64,000 nucleotides of DNA from an uncultured Thermoplasmata archaeon. Its GTDB lineage: Archaea > Thermoplasmatota > Thermoplasmata > Lutacidiplasmatales > UBA184. A model generated the notes under the pieces. It saw nothing but the letters and a program-made list of their open reading frames with translations. It had not been told where the DNA came from and made no database searches. Shown here piece by piece: positions 9,748 through 19,927 of the stretch. A program made the position numbers and the translations under genes. Every line of letters begins with the position of its first letter. The first letter of the stretch is position 1. Location: NCBI GenBank assembly GCA_963773945.1, contig CAVZDD010000005.1, positions 768,503-832,502 on the forward strand, in the 5' to 3' direction.

Positions 9748-10425
9748 CTAGACTCGTTTCGAGCGCTTCGGGGCCGCGCCCTTCCGCTTCTTCGGGGCCG
9801 ACGGTTTCGCGGGGGTCCGGCGCAGCGCCTTGTCCACCATTTCACGCACAGCGCCTTCGGGCGACGAGGGATTCCGGTCGGTGGCCCAGACCTTCTCCCC
9901 GGCCCGTATCGGCACCGGAAGGTCATTCTCCGCCGGCGGGAAGCTGCACTCGAACGAGTCGGTGTAAGCCGAGTAGGGGTTGAAGGCGCGATTGAAATCC
10001 AGGTCGTATTCGTCGGTTTCGTTCAGGTCGATCGTCAGGTAGCGACCCGGCCCGTAGGTGTCCCTGCCCGACGTCCGGTCGCGGAACGGAACGAACACGG
10101 AGGTGCTCGCTGAACCGCTCGCATGGTAGACTCCGAGGCTCAAGGCGCGACCGACGAGCGTAAATCGTAAATGGCCGACGAGGCGCATCTCAGCCTGGTT
10201 GTCCCGGTTCGTCCGCAAGTAGGCGTATTGGGGCGGATCGACCCGTTTCAGGACGGCCGGAACTCGATATTTAGGGTCGGGCGGGAAGTACTGGAGTCCC
10301 GCAAACCCCGGAACGTGGGCGTCGACGAATGGCGACTCCGGGTGCTCGGTCATGAAGCGGTCCTTGAGCCGACGCTCTTCGCCGAGCTCCGTGAGGTAGC
10401 GGCGGTCCAACGCCGGCGGTGCCAT
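9748..10425 (-). CDS. DUF1684-family protein
   Basis: YL..LGEERRLKDRF N-terminus and overall composition match DUF1684. The C-terminus has a basic tail. Confidence 0.6.
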   Translation of the reverse strand: MAPPALDRRYLTELGEERRLKDRFMTEHPESPFVDAHVPGFAGLQYFPPDPKYRVPAVLKRVDPPQYAYLRTNRDNQAEMRLVGHLRFTLVGRALSLGVYHASGSASTSVFVPFRDRTSGRDTYGPGRYLTIDLNETDEYDLDFNRAFNPYSAYTDSFECSFPPAENDLPVPIRAGEKVWATDRNPSSPEGAVREMVDKALRRTPAKPSAPKKRKGAAPKRSKRV

Positions 10426-10500
10426 TGGGGCCGCGAATCGACCCGCGCCTTAAGTTCTCGGGGGCGACGGGCGGGGCCTTCCCCGGGGCACCGAGGGGGG

Positions 10501-13011
10501 TTAGTGCGAAATCGGCGCGCGATGGCCCGGTGGTCCGCCGGGGGTCGGCGTTGAATCTCCGGACGGACGCCCGGGGGGTCGGGCGGACCCGTCGAGCGCG
10601 GGAAGGCGCTTTCGAAGGACTTCGAGCTTGGGGAAAAGGTCGGCCCGGATGGTCTGGATATGGGCCTCCTCGGCGGCCTGGATCTGTCGGCGAGCCTCGT
10701 CCCAGTCTCCCGTCCGGACCGCCAGTTGGGCGATCCGATAGCGCACCTCGAGCACGTCGGGGATCATTTCGAGCTCCTCGACGAGGCGGAGCGCCTCCCA
10801 GTATCGGTCCCGGGCCCGGGCGAGGTCGTCCTCGTTCTCGAGGACCATGCCATCGATCATCGTGATCTGTTCGTCCGAGAGCCGATCACGGAGACGCACG
10901 TTCAGTTCCCGGGCTTTCTCCATCAGCAGCCGGACCCGCGTCGTTTCGCCGCCCTCCGCCCGGAAGACCGCTTCGTTCAACATCGTATAGACCCGCCAGA
11001 GGAGGGATCCGGATTCCTCGGCATGCACCTCCGCTTGGGCTACCTCTCGAAGCGCCTCCTCCCGACGGTCCAGGTTGTGCAACAGGATTGAGCGGTTCAT
11101 TCGAACCCGAGCCAGGGAGGCGTGGTCCGCCGACGATTGGAACAGCCCCGCCGCGCGGTCGTACAGTTCCAGCGCCTCCTCGGAGCGGGTGGGTCCGGAG
11201 TACAGCAGGACGTTGGCCAGGTCGATGTAGGCATGCGCTTCCACCCGAGAGTTACCGGCCGCGAGCGCCAGGCGTGCGGCCTCCCGGTGATGGTGCTCGG
11301 CGCGCTCGAAATTCCCGGTGTCCCAGTCGCCCCGTCCCAGCACGCGGTGCGCGATGGCGGTACCGGTCGTGTTGGAAGCTCGTTCGAACAACTCGAGGGC
11401 CGCGACCGCCAACTCCCGGGCCTTGGCATGCTCCCACAATTGGCCGTGGGCCGAGGCGGCCCATAGCATGGCCACCGGCAGCTCCGACGCCAGTCGGGGG
11501 TCATCGCGGGCTCGGGCCACCGCCGCACTCAGGACCTCGATGGCCGGACGGAGCTCGCCCAGCTCGAAGAGAATGCGTCCGAGGTCGGTATCGACGCTGA
11601 ATTCTACGATGGGGTCGAGCGACGGAAGATTGCGGGCGCATTCGAGCGCCCGTTCGAGATGGAGCTTCGCTTCCGGGAAAGCGAAAGCGGCGGCGGACAG
11701 GTCCGCCGCTTTTCGGCAGTATTCGAGGGCACGACCCCACTCCCGGGCCAAGTAGAAGTGGCGGGCCAGCTCGAACACCGCCTGGCTGCCCTCGGACGTA
11801 GTCTCCTCCAGGGCTTCGGCGACTTTTCGATGGAGGATCCGGCGACGGCTCTCGGTCAGCCCTGCATAGGCCTCCTGGCGGAACGACTCTCGAATGAACT
11901 CGAAGGTCGCCGGCCGCGCTTCCCGAATGAGGCCGCCGTGCACGAGCTGTTCGATCGCGACGGACAGCTTGTCCGCGTCTTGTCCCACGGCGCGGGTCAA
12001 CGTTTCGAATCCGAATTCGTTTCCGATAACAGCCGCGTAACACAGCACGCGCTGGGCTTCGTCGGAGAGGGTCTGGGCCCGGGCGCGGTCCACCACGTCG
12101 AGGGGCCGGCCCCCTTCCTCCGGGGTGGTCGTGACGAGGGCGGCGAGTGGGGTGCCCCGGAGCATTTGTTCCAGGGCGAGCGGGTTGCCTTTCGTTCGCC
12201 GGTGCCATCGGAGCGCGTCATCGGGCGAGGAGGGGATGCCCGCCCGGAACCAGTTCAGCAGTTCACCGGTTTCGGTCGGCGTCAGGGGACGAGCCTCCAC
12301 CCACCGCGTGCTCGGGAGGTGCCGGACCGATTCGAGGAATCGCTTCGGCCGGGCCCGCGCACTCGTTAGGGGGCCGGCCAGGAGCCCGAGCACGATCCGA
12401 CGGCCCTCGATGTGTCGCTGCAGCTCTGTGACAAACTCGAGGGACGAGGCGTCGATGAACGGAAAGTCATCGACGCCCAGAAAGAGGGGTTGTTTCGCCG
12501 CGAGGGTGGACAGGTCTTCGATCAATCGGTCGATAAGGAGGAAGCGGCTCTGGTCATTCCGACGGGGCAGCTCCGCGAGGGCGGACAGCAGACGGCGGGT
12601 CTCCTCGCCGGTCGTGGAATCCTTGGATGCCACGGTGGCGGCGCCGGACCCTTCCCGCCGGTCGAGCGGCGCCAACAGGAGGGAGAAGACCTCCCCCGAA
12701 TCCCCCGCGGAGTCCGGACCCCCGCCGGAGGGATCGCGGAAGGACTGAAGCATCTCTTGGACCGCGGCGAAGGGTCGCGGGAATTCCGTGGGCGGCGCCC
12801 GTGTCGTTCCGACACGGAATCCCGCGGCCTGGGCCTGTTCCGTCGCGTAGGATAGGATCGTGCTCTTTCCGACGCCCTCCTCGCCCGCGATCACGAGGAG
12901 GGAGCCGCGACCGGCCTGGGCGGAGGCCAAAGCGTCGGCGATCGCGGACCGGACCTCGGGTCGGCCGACCAGGGGGCGGCGGGTACTGGACAGCATTTCG
13001 CGCGCGGCCAT
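10501..13011 (-). CDS. STAND/AAA-type ATPase with C-terminal TPR repeats (836 aa)
   Basis: N-terminal P-loop GEEGVGKST and a Walker B-like LLIDRL. A long C-terminal helical-repeat region (TPR-like) has repeated A/L-rich 34-residue units. No DNA-binding domain is detected. Confidence 0.7.
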   Translation of the reverse strand: MAAREMLSSTRRPLVGRPEVRSAIADALASAQAGRGSLLVIAGEEGVGKSTILSYATEQAQAAGFRVGTTRAPPTEFPRPFAAVQEMLQSFRDPSGGGPDSAGDSGEVFSLLLAPLDRREGSGAATVASKDSTTGEETRRLLSALAELPRRNDQSRFLLIDRLIEDLSTLAAKQPLFLGVDDFPFIDASSLEFVTELQRHIEGRRIVLGLLAGPLTSARARPKRFLESVRHLPSTRWVEARPLTPTETGELLNWFRAGIPSSPDDALRWHRRTKGNPLALEQMLRGTPLAALVTTTPEEGGRPLDVVDRARAQTLSDEAQRVLCYAAVIGNEFGFETLTRAVGQDADKLSVAIEQLVHGGLIREARPATFEFIRESFRQEAYAGLTESRRRILHRKVAEALEETTSEGSQAVFELARHFYLAREWGRALEYCRKAADLSAAAFAFPEAKLHLERALECARNLPSLDPIVEFSVDTDLGRILFELGELRPAIEVLSAAVARARDDPRLASELPVAMLWAASAHGQLWEHAKARELAVAALELFERASNTTGTAIAHRVLGRGDWDTGNFERAEHHHREAARLALAAGNSRVEAHAYIDLANVLLYSGPTRSEEALELYDRAAGLFQSSADHASLARVRMNRSILLHNLDRREEALREVAQAEVHAEESGSLLWRVYTMLNEAVFRAEGGETTRVRLLMEKARELNVRLRDRLSDEQITMIDGMVLENEDDLARARDRYWEALRLVEELEMIPDVLEVRYRIAQLAVRTGDWDEARRQIQAAEEAHIQTIRADLFPKLEVLRKRLPALDGSARPPGRPSGDSTPTPGGPPGHRAPISH

Positions 13012-13097
13012 TTCGGGGACCCAGCCCGTGGGGGCCCTACTATCAGTCGCCGGGGTAGGTTAAGAAATCTCCCGAAGGGGCCGGGGGGCGTCGTTCG

Positions 13098-13712
13098 TCA
13101 GTTGTCGTAGCGGGACCGCGGGCGGGCGTCGGGGCCGAGACTGAAGTAGGCCGTTCCGCCGGCTCCCGCTCCCGGCTGGACGACGCTGACCGCCTGGACC
13201 AGGAGCTCGTACGCGAGGGCTTCGGCCTCACCCACGTCACCCTGGTCGGCGGCGTCCGGAACGTAGACCCGGAGAATTCCCCGGTTCACCCCCAGAAGGA
13301 CCTGTCCGTATCCGTCTCTGCGCGCCCAAGAGAGGAGCCGGCGGCCTGGCTGTTCTACGACGCCCACCCAACGCAGGGACCCGAACCAACGCCCCGCGAG
13401 GCGAGCCAGCACCGTCGCTTCGTCAAGGTCTCGGGGAAGTTCGATGCGGGCGATCGGACGGAGGTCGGAAGTGATCGCAGGGTGTTCGAGGGCGTCCACC
13501 GCCAGCGATCGGTACCCCCCGTCGGCCCGTTCCACGAGTCCTTCCCGCTCCAGTCGACGGAGCGCCCGCGCCAATGATTCCGGATGCGCTCCGAGCTTCC
13601 GGCGCAGTCCGTTAAATGCCATCCGCCCGTGGAGTCCCTGAAGCGTCGAGAGGATCCGATCGTCGAGGGACCCTTGAATGGACGTCAAGCCGGTCGTAGG
13701 CTCGCTGGTCAT
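13098..13712 (-). CDS. winged-helix transcriptional regulator
   Basis: N-terminal ILSTLQG...MAFNGLRRKLG...SLARALRRLEREGLVER is a typical archaeal wHTH. The C-terminal ~110 aa is of unknown function. Directly upstream of the STAND ATPase on the same strand. Confidence 0.6.
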   Translation of the reverse strand: MTSEPTTGLTSIQGSLDDRILSTLQGLHGRMAFNGLRRKLGAHPESLARALRRLEREGLVERADGGYRSLAVDALEHPAITSDLRPIARIELPRDLDEATVLARLAGRWFGSLRWVGVVEQPGRRLLSWARRDGYGQVLLGVNRGILRVYVPDAADQGDVGEAEALAYELLVQAVSVVQPGAGAGGTAYFSLGPDARPRSRYDN

Positions 13713-13900
13713 CGACGGTTGTGGGGGTCGGAGGATTTAGGCATCGGGTAACCACCGCGCCAGTAAGACGGTCGGCGCTTCGAGGGCGTGGAGTCCCTCC
13801 CACGTCGTCGGTCGTTGTGACTGGTCTCCTCCGCACCCGCTCAATATCCCCCTCGGGAGAGTGGACCGCGATCGTCCATCGCGACGAGAGGAAAAATCAC

Positions 13901-14158
13901 ATGCCGCACGGGAACGACGTAGGAGAGCAATCGCCCCGAGAGCACTACGGTCCGTGGGTCTGGACCGCCTATCGCGCCTACAATGAGCTGCTTCGCGAGA
14001 AGATCAAGAAGCGCTTCGAGGCCCAGGAAGGGCCGTGGATGGACCGACTGTCGGAGGTCTTGGTGGAGATCGTGAACGCTCGCTGGGAAGGCGGCCGAAA
14101 GAAGGGCAAGGAAGAGAAACAGCTGTTGGCCAAGCTCGACCAGCTGCTTTCGGAGTGA
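13901..14158 (+). CDS. hypothetical small protein (85 aa)
   Basis: ATG at 13901 preceded by a gaggaaaaatcac purine-rich stretch. Translation MPHGNDVGEQSPREHYGPWVWTAYRAYNELLREKIKK... is K/E-rich and protein-like. In-frame with track ORF 13721..14158. Confidence 0.45.
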   Translation: MPHGNDVGEQSPREHYGPWVWTAYRAYNELLREKIKKRFEAQEGPWMDRLSEVLVEIVNARWEGGRKKGKEEKQLLAKLDQLLSE

Positions 14159-14298
14159 GGACCATGGAATCCCCACTGCCGCTGCAACCGTTCCCGCGGC
14201 CCCCGATGGGCCCGGAACCCCTCCCGACCCACCGCGCCTACACGGTGCGGTCCCCCCGGCCAAACTGGTCCGACGTTGTTCGAGGAGAGTGAGTTCCA

Positions 14299-15258
14299 AT
14301 GGCGCTCACCGAATTGGAGAACCGGATCATCTCGACGGTCGACTCGATCGCCCCCGGGGTCGCCAGTGTTGAAAGCGTCCGCGTGGGTCGACGCCGAGGA
14401 TTCGGTCCGTTCATGCAACCGTCGCAGGCCTCGGCGGTGGTGATCGACCCGAAGGGACTGCTCATCACGAATCAACATGTCGTGGACCAGGCTGCTCAAC
14501 TCCGAGTACACCTGGCCGACGGCCGCGAGCTTCCCGGAGAGATCATCGGAGGGGACCCCGTCACCGACGTGGCGCTCGTGAAAGTGGAGGCCGATGGCCT
14601 CGCCGCGGCGAAGCTTGGCGTCTCGGAGGAGCTTCGCGTGGGCCAGATCGTTCTGGCGATCGGGAACGCCTTGGGACTTCCCGGAGGGCCAACCGTTTCC
14701 ACGGGGGTGGTGAGCGCGCTCGGCCGCCCGCTGCCGGGCTCCGATTTCATCTTCGAGGGACTGATCCAGACAGACGCAGCGATCAATCCGGGGAACAGCG
14801 GCGGACCGCTCGCCGACCTCTCCGGTTCTGTGGTCGGGATCAACACCGCGATGGTCCCCTTCGCCCAGGGGGTCGGGTTTGCGATCCCGATCCACGCCGT
14901 CCGGCGCATCGTCGACGAGATCCGGCAGAAGGGACGTGTGGTGCGGCCCTGGATCGGCGTATCGGTGGCGGAACTGCGACCGGAGGTGGCGCGGCAATAC
15001 GACCTAGAGCCCTACTCGGGACTCTTGGTGGCAGAGACGGTCGCCCGGTCCCCCGCGCACCGCGGAGGCCTTCGGGCCGGCGACGTGATCACCCGGCTCG
15101 GACCGTTCGAGGTCCGAAAGGTCCGGGACCTTCTGGAGGCGTTGTCGAAATTCCCCGTCGGCTCGGACGCCGAGGTCCAGTTCCGACGCCGGACCACGAC
15201 CAGCACTACGACGGTTCCCCTCGAGGAGAATCCGGAACTGGAAGCGCGCGCGGACTGA
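14299..15258 (+). CDS. HtrA/DegP-family trypsin-like serine protease with PDZ domain
   Basis: H...D...GNSGGPL catalytic triad motifs and a C-terminal PDZ-like region. Confidence 0.85.
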   Translation: MALTELENRIISTVDSIAPGVASVESVRVGRRRGFGPFMQPSQASAVVIDPKGLLITNQHVVDQAAQLRVHLADGRELPGEIIGGDPVTDVALVKVEADGLAAAKLGVSEELRVGQIVLAIGNALGLPGGPTVSTGVVSALGRPLPGSDFIFEGLIQTDAAINPGNSGGPLADLSGSVVGINTAMVPFAQGVGFAIPIHAVRRIVDEIRQKGRVVRPWIGVSVAELRPEVARQYDLEPYSGLLVAETVARSPAHRGGLRAGDVITRLGPFEVRKVRDLLEALSKFPVGSDAEVQFRRRTTTSTTTVPLEENPELEARAD

Positions 15259-15273
15259 TCTCAACCCCTCGGG

Positions 15274-17121
15274 GTGGGTCTTCGGGCCCGCCCCGCTCCA
15301 CCCGTTTCGGACGCGCGTCCGTTGGCGTATTGGCGGCGGTGGGCGCGCCTCTTATGCCCACGCGGATTTGCAAGAACTGTGCCTGCCGGATCGATACCCC
15401 CGGACGGACGGCCGCTGACAGAGCGGGTGCGCCCCAGCAGCCTCGACCAGATGGCGGGGAATCCCGAGGCGATCGCCGAACTGCGGAAGTGGGCGAAGGC
15501 CTGGCAATCTTCTCGCGGGCCGCCCCGGCTGCGAGCCGCGTTGCTGGCCGGCCCTCCCGGCGTCGGGAAGACGACCGCCGCCCTCGCACTCGCTCAGGAC
15601 CTGGGCTGGGGTCTTGTCGAGATGAATGCTTCCGATGCGCGGAATCGGACCGCGATCGAAGAGGTCGCCGGCCGCGCGTCCCTCACGAACGCCTTCTCGA
15701 TGACCGGCGAGCTGCTGAGCACTCACCGTGGCCAGCACACCTTGATTCTGCTCGATGAGGCGGACTGCTTGTTCTCTCGGGATACGGAAAGCGCCGGTGC
15801 GGACGCTGCCCGCTCGATCTCCTTCCGAGAGTTTCTCCGCAGCCGCTACGGCAACGTCGAGGCCCTGGCAAAAGCCTGGGGACTGGGGACGAGTCCCGCG
15901 CCGGCGAAGTTCACGGAGTGGTCCGAAATCCCGGCCTCCGGCGGGCGGTCGAAGGCGTTTCGTCTGCCCGCCGCCCAGCGCGACCTCGCGGATTGGGGGG
16001 ACAGCAAGACCCGACCCGACCTCACCGACCGGGGAGGCCTCGGCGCCATTGCGATGCTGGTGCGGGAGACCCGGCAGCCGATCGTCCTGACGGTCAACGA
16101 CCCCAAGGCCCTCAGCCGCTACTCTCCGATTTTCCGTACGGGCGTCGCGAAGATCTCGTTCTGGCCGCTCCGGGCTGACGACCTCAAAACGGTCGTTCGA
16201 CGGGTCGCAGTCTCCCAGCACCTTGAGATCTCGTCGGCCGCGGCCGAGGCGATCGTCCACCGAAGTCGAGGGGATCTGCGTGCCGCGCTGAACGACCTCG
16301 ACGCGGTGGCCGCCCTCCCGCCGGGTCGGGAGCAGGAGGCTCTCCTTGGTACCCGCGATGTAACGGCGGATTTCTTCGACATGACACGGGAGATCCTGGA
16401 CACCCCACGGCTGTACCGGTCGGTCGAGATCCGAAATCGCCTGGACGCGACGCCGGACGACCTGCTCCCCTGGATAGAGGAGAATCTCCCGCGGTCCACG
16501 CGGGACCCGGGCACACGACTGGCGGCCTACGAGATGCTGGCCGATGCGGACCTTCTGTTGTCCCGCGCCCGTCGGTTCCGAACCTACGGACTCTGGAGCT
16601 ACGCTTCGGAGTTGATGACCGGGGGCGTCAGCCTCGCGCTCGCCCAGGGCGATGGTCACGCCCCCGACCGCATCGCCTTCCCTCAGTTTCTCGGAGAGAT
16701 GGGACGTTCTCGGGCCGCGCGGGCCGTCCGCACTTCGATTCTCTCCAAAGCGGGGCGGATGCTTCATATTTCGCGGCGAAAGGCCGGGGATTCGGCGCTG
16801 GACTTCCTCACGGTGGCGTTCCGCCCGGCGCTCGGACGGCGAGCCGCTCCGCGCGAACGCGACCTCGCACGTCGCCTTACGTCCTCCCTCGGGCTGACGG
16901 CCGAGGAGGTCGCCTACCTCGCGGGCGGACTGCCCGACGATGAGCGCGTGCAGGAGCTACTGGCTCCGGCCGACGCGGCCCCCGAACGTGAGAAGGCGGT
17001 CGAAACGCCGAGCGCCCCGACTGCTCTACCGGCCGAGCCGGCCATGCCGTCTGTAGTCGAAGCACCTCCGGAATCGGCGGGGGGTCCCAAGAAGACCCAG
17101 CGTCGGCTCGCCGATTACTGA
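15274..17121 (+). CDS. rfcL: replication factor C large subunit
   Basis: ERVRPSSLDQMAGNPEAI...LLAGPPGVGKTT...EMNASDARN...LILLDEAD matches the archaeal RFC large-subunit N-terminus and AAA+ core, with an acidic/Pro-rich C-terminal tail. The true start may be the GTG near 15379, since the ATG at 15274 gives an atypical N-terminal extension. Confidence 0.85.
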   Translation: MGLRARPAPPVSDARPLAYWRRWARLLCPRGFARTVPAGSIPPDGRPLTERVRPSSLDQMAGNPEAIAELRKWAKAWQSSRGPPRLRAALLAGPPGVGKTTAALALAQDLGWGLVEMNASDARNRTAIEEVAGRASLTNAFSMTGELLSTHRGQHTLILLDEADCLFSRDTESAGADAARSISFREFLRSRYGNVEALAKAWGLGTSPAPAKFTEWSEIPASGGRSKAFRLPAAQRDLADWGDSKTRPDLTDRGGLGAIAMLVRETRQPIVLTVNDPKALSRYSPIFRTGVAKISFWPLRADDLKTVVRRVAVSQHLEISSAAAEAIVHRSRGDLRAALNDLDAVAALPPGREQEALLGTRDVTADFFDMTREILDTPRLYRSVEIRNRLDATPDDLLPWIEENLPRSTRDPGTRLAAYEMLADADLLLSRARRFRTYGLWSYASELMTGGVSLALAQGDGHAPDRIAFPQFLGEMGRSRAARAVRTSILSKAGRMLHISRRKAGDSALDFLTVAFRPALGRRAAPRERDLARRLTSSLGLTAEEVAYLAGGLPDDERVQELLAPADAAPEREKAVETPSAPTALPAEPAMPSVVEAPPESAGGPKKTQRRLADY

Positions 17122-17146
17122 CCCGGGCGCCGACCTCGTCGTGAGT

Positions 17147-17572
17147 TTAGACGTATCCGAAGGAGCGCTTCGCGAGGTCCGACATCCGATCCGGTGTCCA
17201 CGGAGGCTCCCAGATCATATCCACGACCGCCTCTTTCACGCCCTCGGCGGATTGGACGGCCGCCTTGACCTCGTCGGCGAGGATTCCGGCCACCGGGCAG
17301 CCCGGGGCGGTGAGCGTCATCGTGACCGTTACGCTGGTGTCGCCCGTCCACTTGAATGCGTAGATGAGGCCGAGGTCGACGATGTTCATCGGAATCTCGG
17401 GGTCGAAAATTTTCTTCAGGTTCGTGAGAATCTTCTGCTCCGTCAGCGACTTGGCGTTTGCTGCGTCCCAGGCGGAGGGAGGGCCGATCTTCGCTCCGGT
17501 CCAGCCACTGGGCTGCACGGGGGTTTCCGTAGGGGCGTTCGATGGGGCCGGGGGTGGGGCGGTTCCGCTCAT
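17147..17572 (-). CDS. DUF59/MIP18-family Fe-S assembly protein (SufT-like)
   Basis: IFDPEIPMNIVDLGLIY...TLTAPGCP DUF59 core. The Met at 17572 gives a Pro-rich ~45 aa N-terminal extension. Confidence 0.7.
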   Translation of the reverse strand: MSGTAPPPAPSNAPTETPVQPSGWTGAKIGPPSAWDAANAKSLTEQKILTNLKKIFDPEIPMNIVDLGLIYAFKWTGDTSVTVTMTLTAPGCPVAGILADEVKAAVQSAEGVKEAVVDMIWEPPWTPDRMSDLAKRSFGYV

Positions 17573-17686
17573 CGGGGTAAGATGTCCGTTGGGGCTATTA
17601 TAGAGCGCCTTACCCGAACAGCCCGGGCACCGAATCCGCGCCTTCGCTAGAACCACTTTTAAGTCGTCCCGAGTACCGCCCTCCCC

Positions 17687-18598
17687 TTGAGAGACATCCA
17701 CGCGATGGAGCCGACGGCCGGTCGGTTCGAGCTCCACAAGGTCGGCGTTTCCGGGATCCGGAAGCCGTTAACGATTCGGAGACCGGACCGTCTCGTCACT
17801 CTAACAACCACGCTGGACGTCGCGGTCGACCTCCCGGCAACCCGGAAGGGTTCCGACCTCTCACGCAACGCGATCCTCCTCGCCGAGATCGTCGACGAAA
17901 CGGCGGTGCGGCCCGTCCCCAGCCTAGAGTCTGCGTGTGTCGCGATTGCCCGCGAGCTGCTCGAGCGGCACAAGTACGCCCGAGTCGCCACCGTGGACGC
18001 CTCGGCGGAGTACTTCCTCCGGCGGGGCATCGCGGAAGAACGCAAGAGCTTCGAGGACTACACCCTCCTCGCGTCCGCCCAGAGCGTCCGATCCGGCCCC
18101 GATGGACCGATCACGGTGACCAAGTCGATCGGGGCCGAAGCGGTGGGCATGACCGCCTGTCCCTGCGCGATGGAAACGGCCCGCGTAGCTCTTTCGGAGG
18201 AATTCCCGCTCTTGCGCGACCCCTCGATGAAATCGATGCCGATGATCACCCACAACCAGCGGAACCGCACCCGGCTGATGTTCGACCTGGCCGACAACGT
18301 TGAGATCGAAGTCGACGACCTCATCGACACGATCGAAGCCGCCCAGTCGAGTCCCACGTACGCGATCCTCAAGCGCGGCGACGAGGCGCAGATGGTGATT
18401 CAGGCCCACAAGCACCCCAAGTTCGTCGAGGACGTGCTCCGGGACTTGCTCCGGCGGGTCGCGACCGGGTTCGCCCAAGTGCCGGACACCGCCTTCGTCC
18501 GAGCCCGTACGGTGAGCGAGGAATCGATCCACAAGTACAACGTGGTCGCGGCCCACCAGGCATTGCTGGGCGAGTTGCGAAACACCTCGGCGGCGTAG
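17687..18598 (+). CDS. mptA: GTP cyclohydrolase MptA (FolE2/MptA family)
   Basis: 303 aa. The N-terminal region and the conserved Cys/His/Glu pattern (TACPCAMET) are typical of type-IB GTP cyclohydrolase. Confidence 0.8.
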   Translation: MRDIHAMEPTAGRFELHKVGVSGIRKPLTIRRPDRLVTLTTTLDVAVDLPATRKGSDLSRNAILLAEIVDETAVRPVPSLESACVAIARELLERHKYARVATVDASAEYFLRRGIAEERKSFEDYTLLASAQSVRSGPDGPITVTKSIGAEAVGMTACPCAMETARVALSEEFPLLRDPSMKSMPMITHNQRNRTRLMFDLADNVEIEVDDLIDTIEAAQSSPTYAILKRGDEAQMVIQAHKHPKFVEDVLRDLLRRVATGFAQVPDTAFVRARTVSEESIHKYNVVAAHQALLGELRNTSAA

Positions 18599-18619
18599 TC
18601 CGCCGCAGGAGCTTGGACG

Positions 18620-19927
18620 ATGCACTACTCGGCCGACGCGCTTCGCCGACGGCCCGGCCGCACCGCGCTCACCGCGTTGGGGATCGGGCTCGCGACGGCC
18701 CTGGTCCTCGTCCTGCTCTCTGTATCCGCGGGGATCCAGGTCAGCGCGTACCGGCTCGCCACCTCGAGCGGGGTCGACCTCCTGGGGACCAGCACGAACA
18801 CCTCCCTCACCTCGAGCAGTTTCCCGCCGGTTCCCGGCGCACACCGCCTAGCCCACGCCATTCCCGCGAGCGATTCGAATGTCGCGACGGCGAGCCCGTG
18901 GCTCGTCTCCTCACTCGTGTTCGCCAACGCGTCCTTGTTCGCCGCCAGTAACCTTTCGAGCAACGGCAGTGCCGTCCCGCCGGGATGGCAGCCCGCCAGC
19001 GCGACCTCTATCGGCTGGATCCCGGACGACAACGCCGGTTTGGAAGTACCCTCCCTCGTGACGGGGTCGAACCTCGCAGCACCGGGGGACCCTCACTATG
19101 CGAACGGGAGCTACACGGGGCCTCGAATCGACGACGTGGTGCTCAACACCGCGCTCGCTCAGCTGTTGCACGTCGGGCCCAACTCCACCCTATGGGCGAG
19201 CGCGCAGTCTCCTTCGGGTCCTTCGGCCCTGGCGAGCTGGTTCGCGCAAGCGACCTCCTTCCGAGTCGTCGGCCTGAGTGGACCGTTCTGGTTTCTCCCC
19301 TCCGCCGCGCTGGGTATGTTCTACCTTTCCGAGCTCCAGGAGGTGGTCGGTGGAGAGGCAGTTTCGGCCGACTACGCTTCGCTCGTTTTGATCCATTTGA
19401 ATGATCCCACTCTCGCGAGCCAGGACCAAGCGCGTCTCAGCGCCGCTTTCCCCGCGATCACGTTCTTCACACTCGGGAACGTTCTCGGCGCGATTCAGCA
19501 CGTGGTCGACCTGTATCGGACGTTCGGCACGCTGGTCGGGTTGATCGGGCTCCTCGTGGCCACCCTTTTCACGGCGACAGTCCTTCTGATGAGCGTTGAG
19601 GACCGGAGTCGCGAACTCGCCCTGCTTCGCGCGATTGGTTACTCCCGGGCCCAGGTCGGGGGATTCGTCGTCGAGGAGGGCCTCCTGCTTGCCGGCCTCG
19701 GCCTCCTGGTTGGCCTCCCGTTCGGGTTTGTCGGAGCCACGTTACTCAACGACTTCCTGAGCCGCTTAGTGTCCGGCCTTCCGACGGGATTCAGCTTCGT
19801 TTCGTTCAACGGGTCGGTAATCGGCGAGGGAGTCGTCGAGGTCCTGGTCATCGGACTGGTCGCATCGCTGATCCCACTGGTCCGGGCGCTCCGGATTCCC
19901 GTGGCGGAGGAGCTGCGCGCCGCATGA
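18620..19927 (+). CDS. ABC transporter permease, FtsX/MacB-like
   Basis: N-terminal TM helix, a large extracytoplasmic domain and a C-terminal FtsX-type 3-TM bundle. Confidence 0.8.
   Translation: MHYSADALRRRPGRTALTALGIGLATALVLVLLSVSAGIQVSAYRLATSSGVDLLGTSTNTSLTSSSFPPVPGAHRLAHAIPASDSNVATASPWLVSSLVFANASLFAASNLSSNGSAVPPGWQPASATSIGWIPDDNAGLEVPSLVTGSNLAAPGDPHYANGSYTGPRIDDVVLNTALAQLLHVGPNSTLWASAQSPSGPSALASWFAQATSFRVVGLSGPFWFLPSAALGMFYLSELQEVVGGEAVSADYASLVLIHLNDPTLASQDQARLSAAFPAITFFTLGNVLGAIQHVVDLYRTFGTLVGLIGLLVATLFTATVLLMSVEDRSRELALLRAIGYSRAQVGGFVVEEGLLLAGLGLLVGLPFGFVGATLLNDFLSRLVSGLPTGFSFVSFNGSVIGEGVVEVLVIGLVASLIPLVRALRIPVAEELRAA

Noticed and set aside
14164-14292. 42-aa Pro-rich ORF (MESPLPLQPFPRPPMGPEPL...) between the small hypothetical gene and htrA
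   Set aside because: Too short, low-complexity, with no RBS or conservation clue. Probably intergenic.
15352-16767. 471-aa reverse-strand ORF antisense to rfcL
   Set aside because: Antisense to a well-supported conserved gene, with Arg/Gly-rich nonsense composition.
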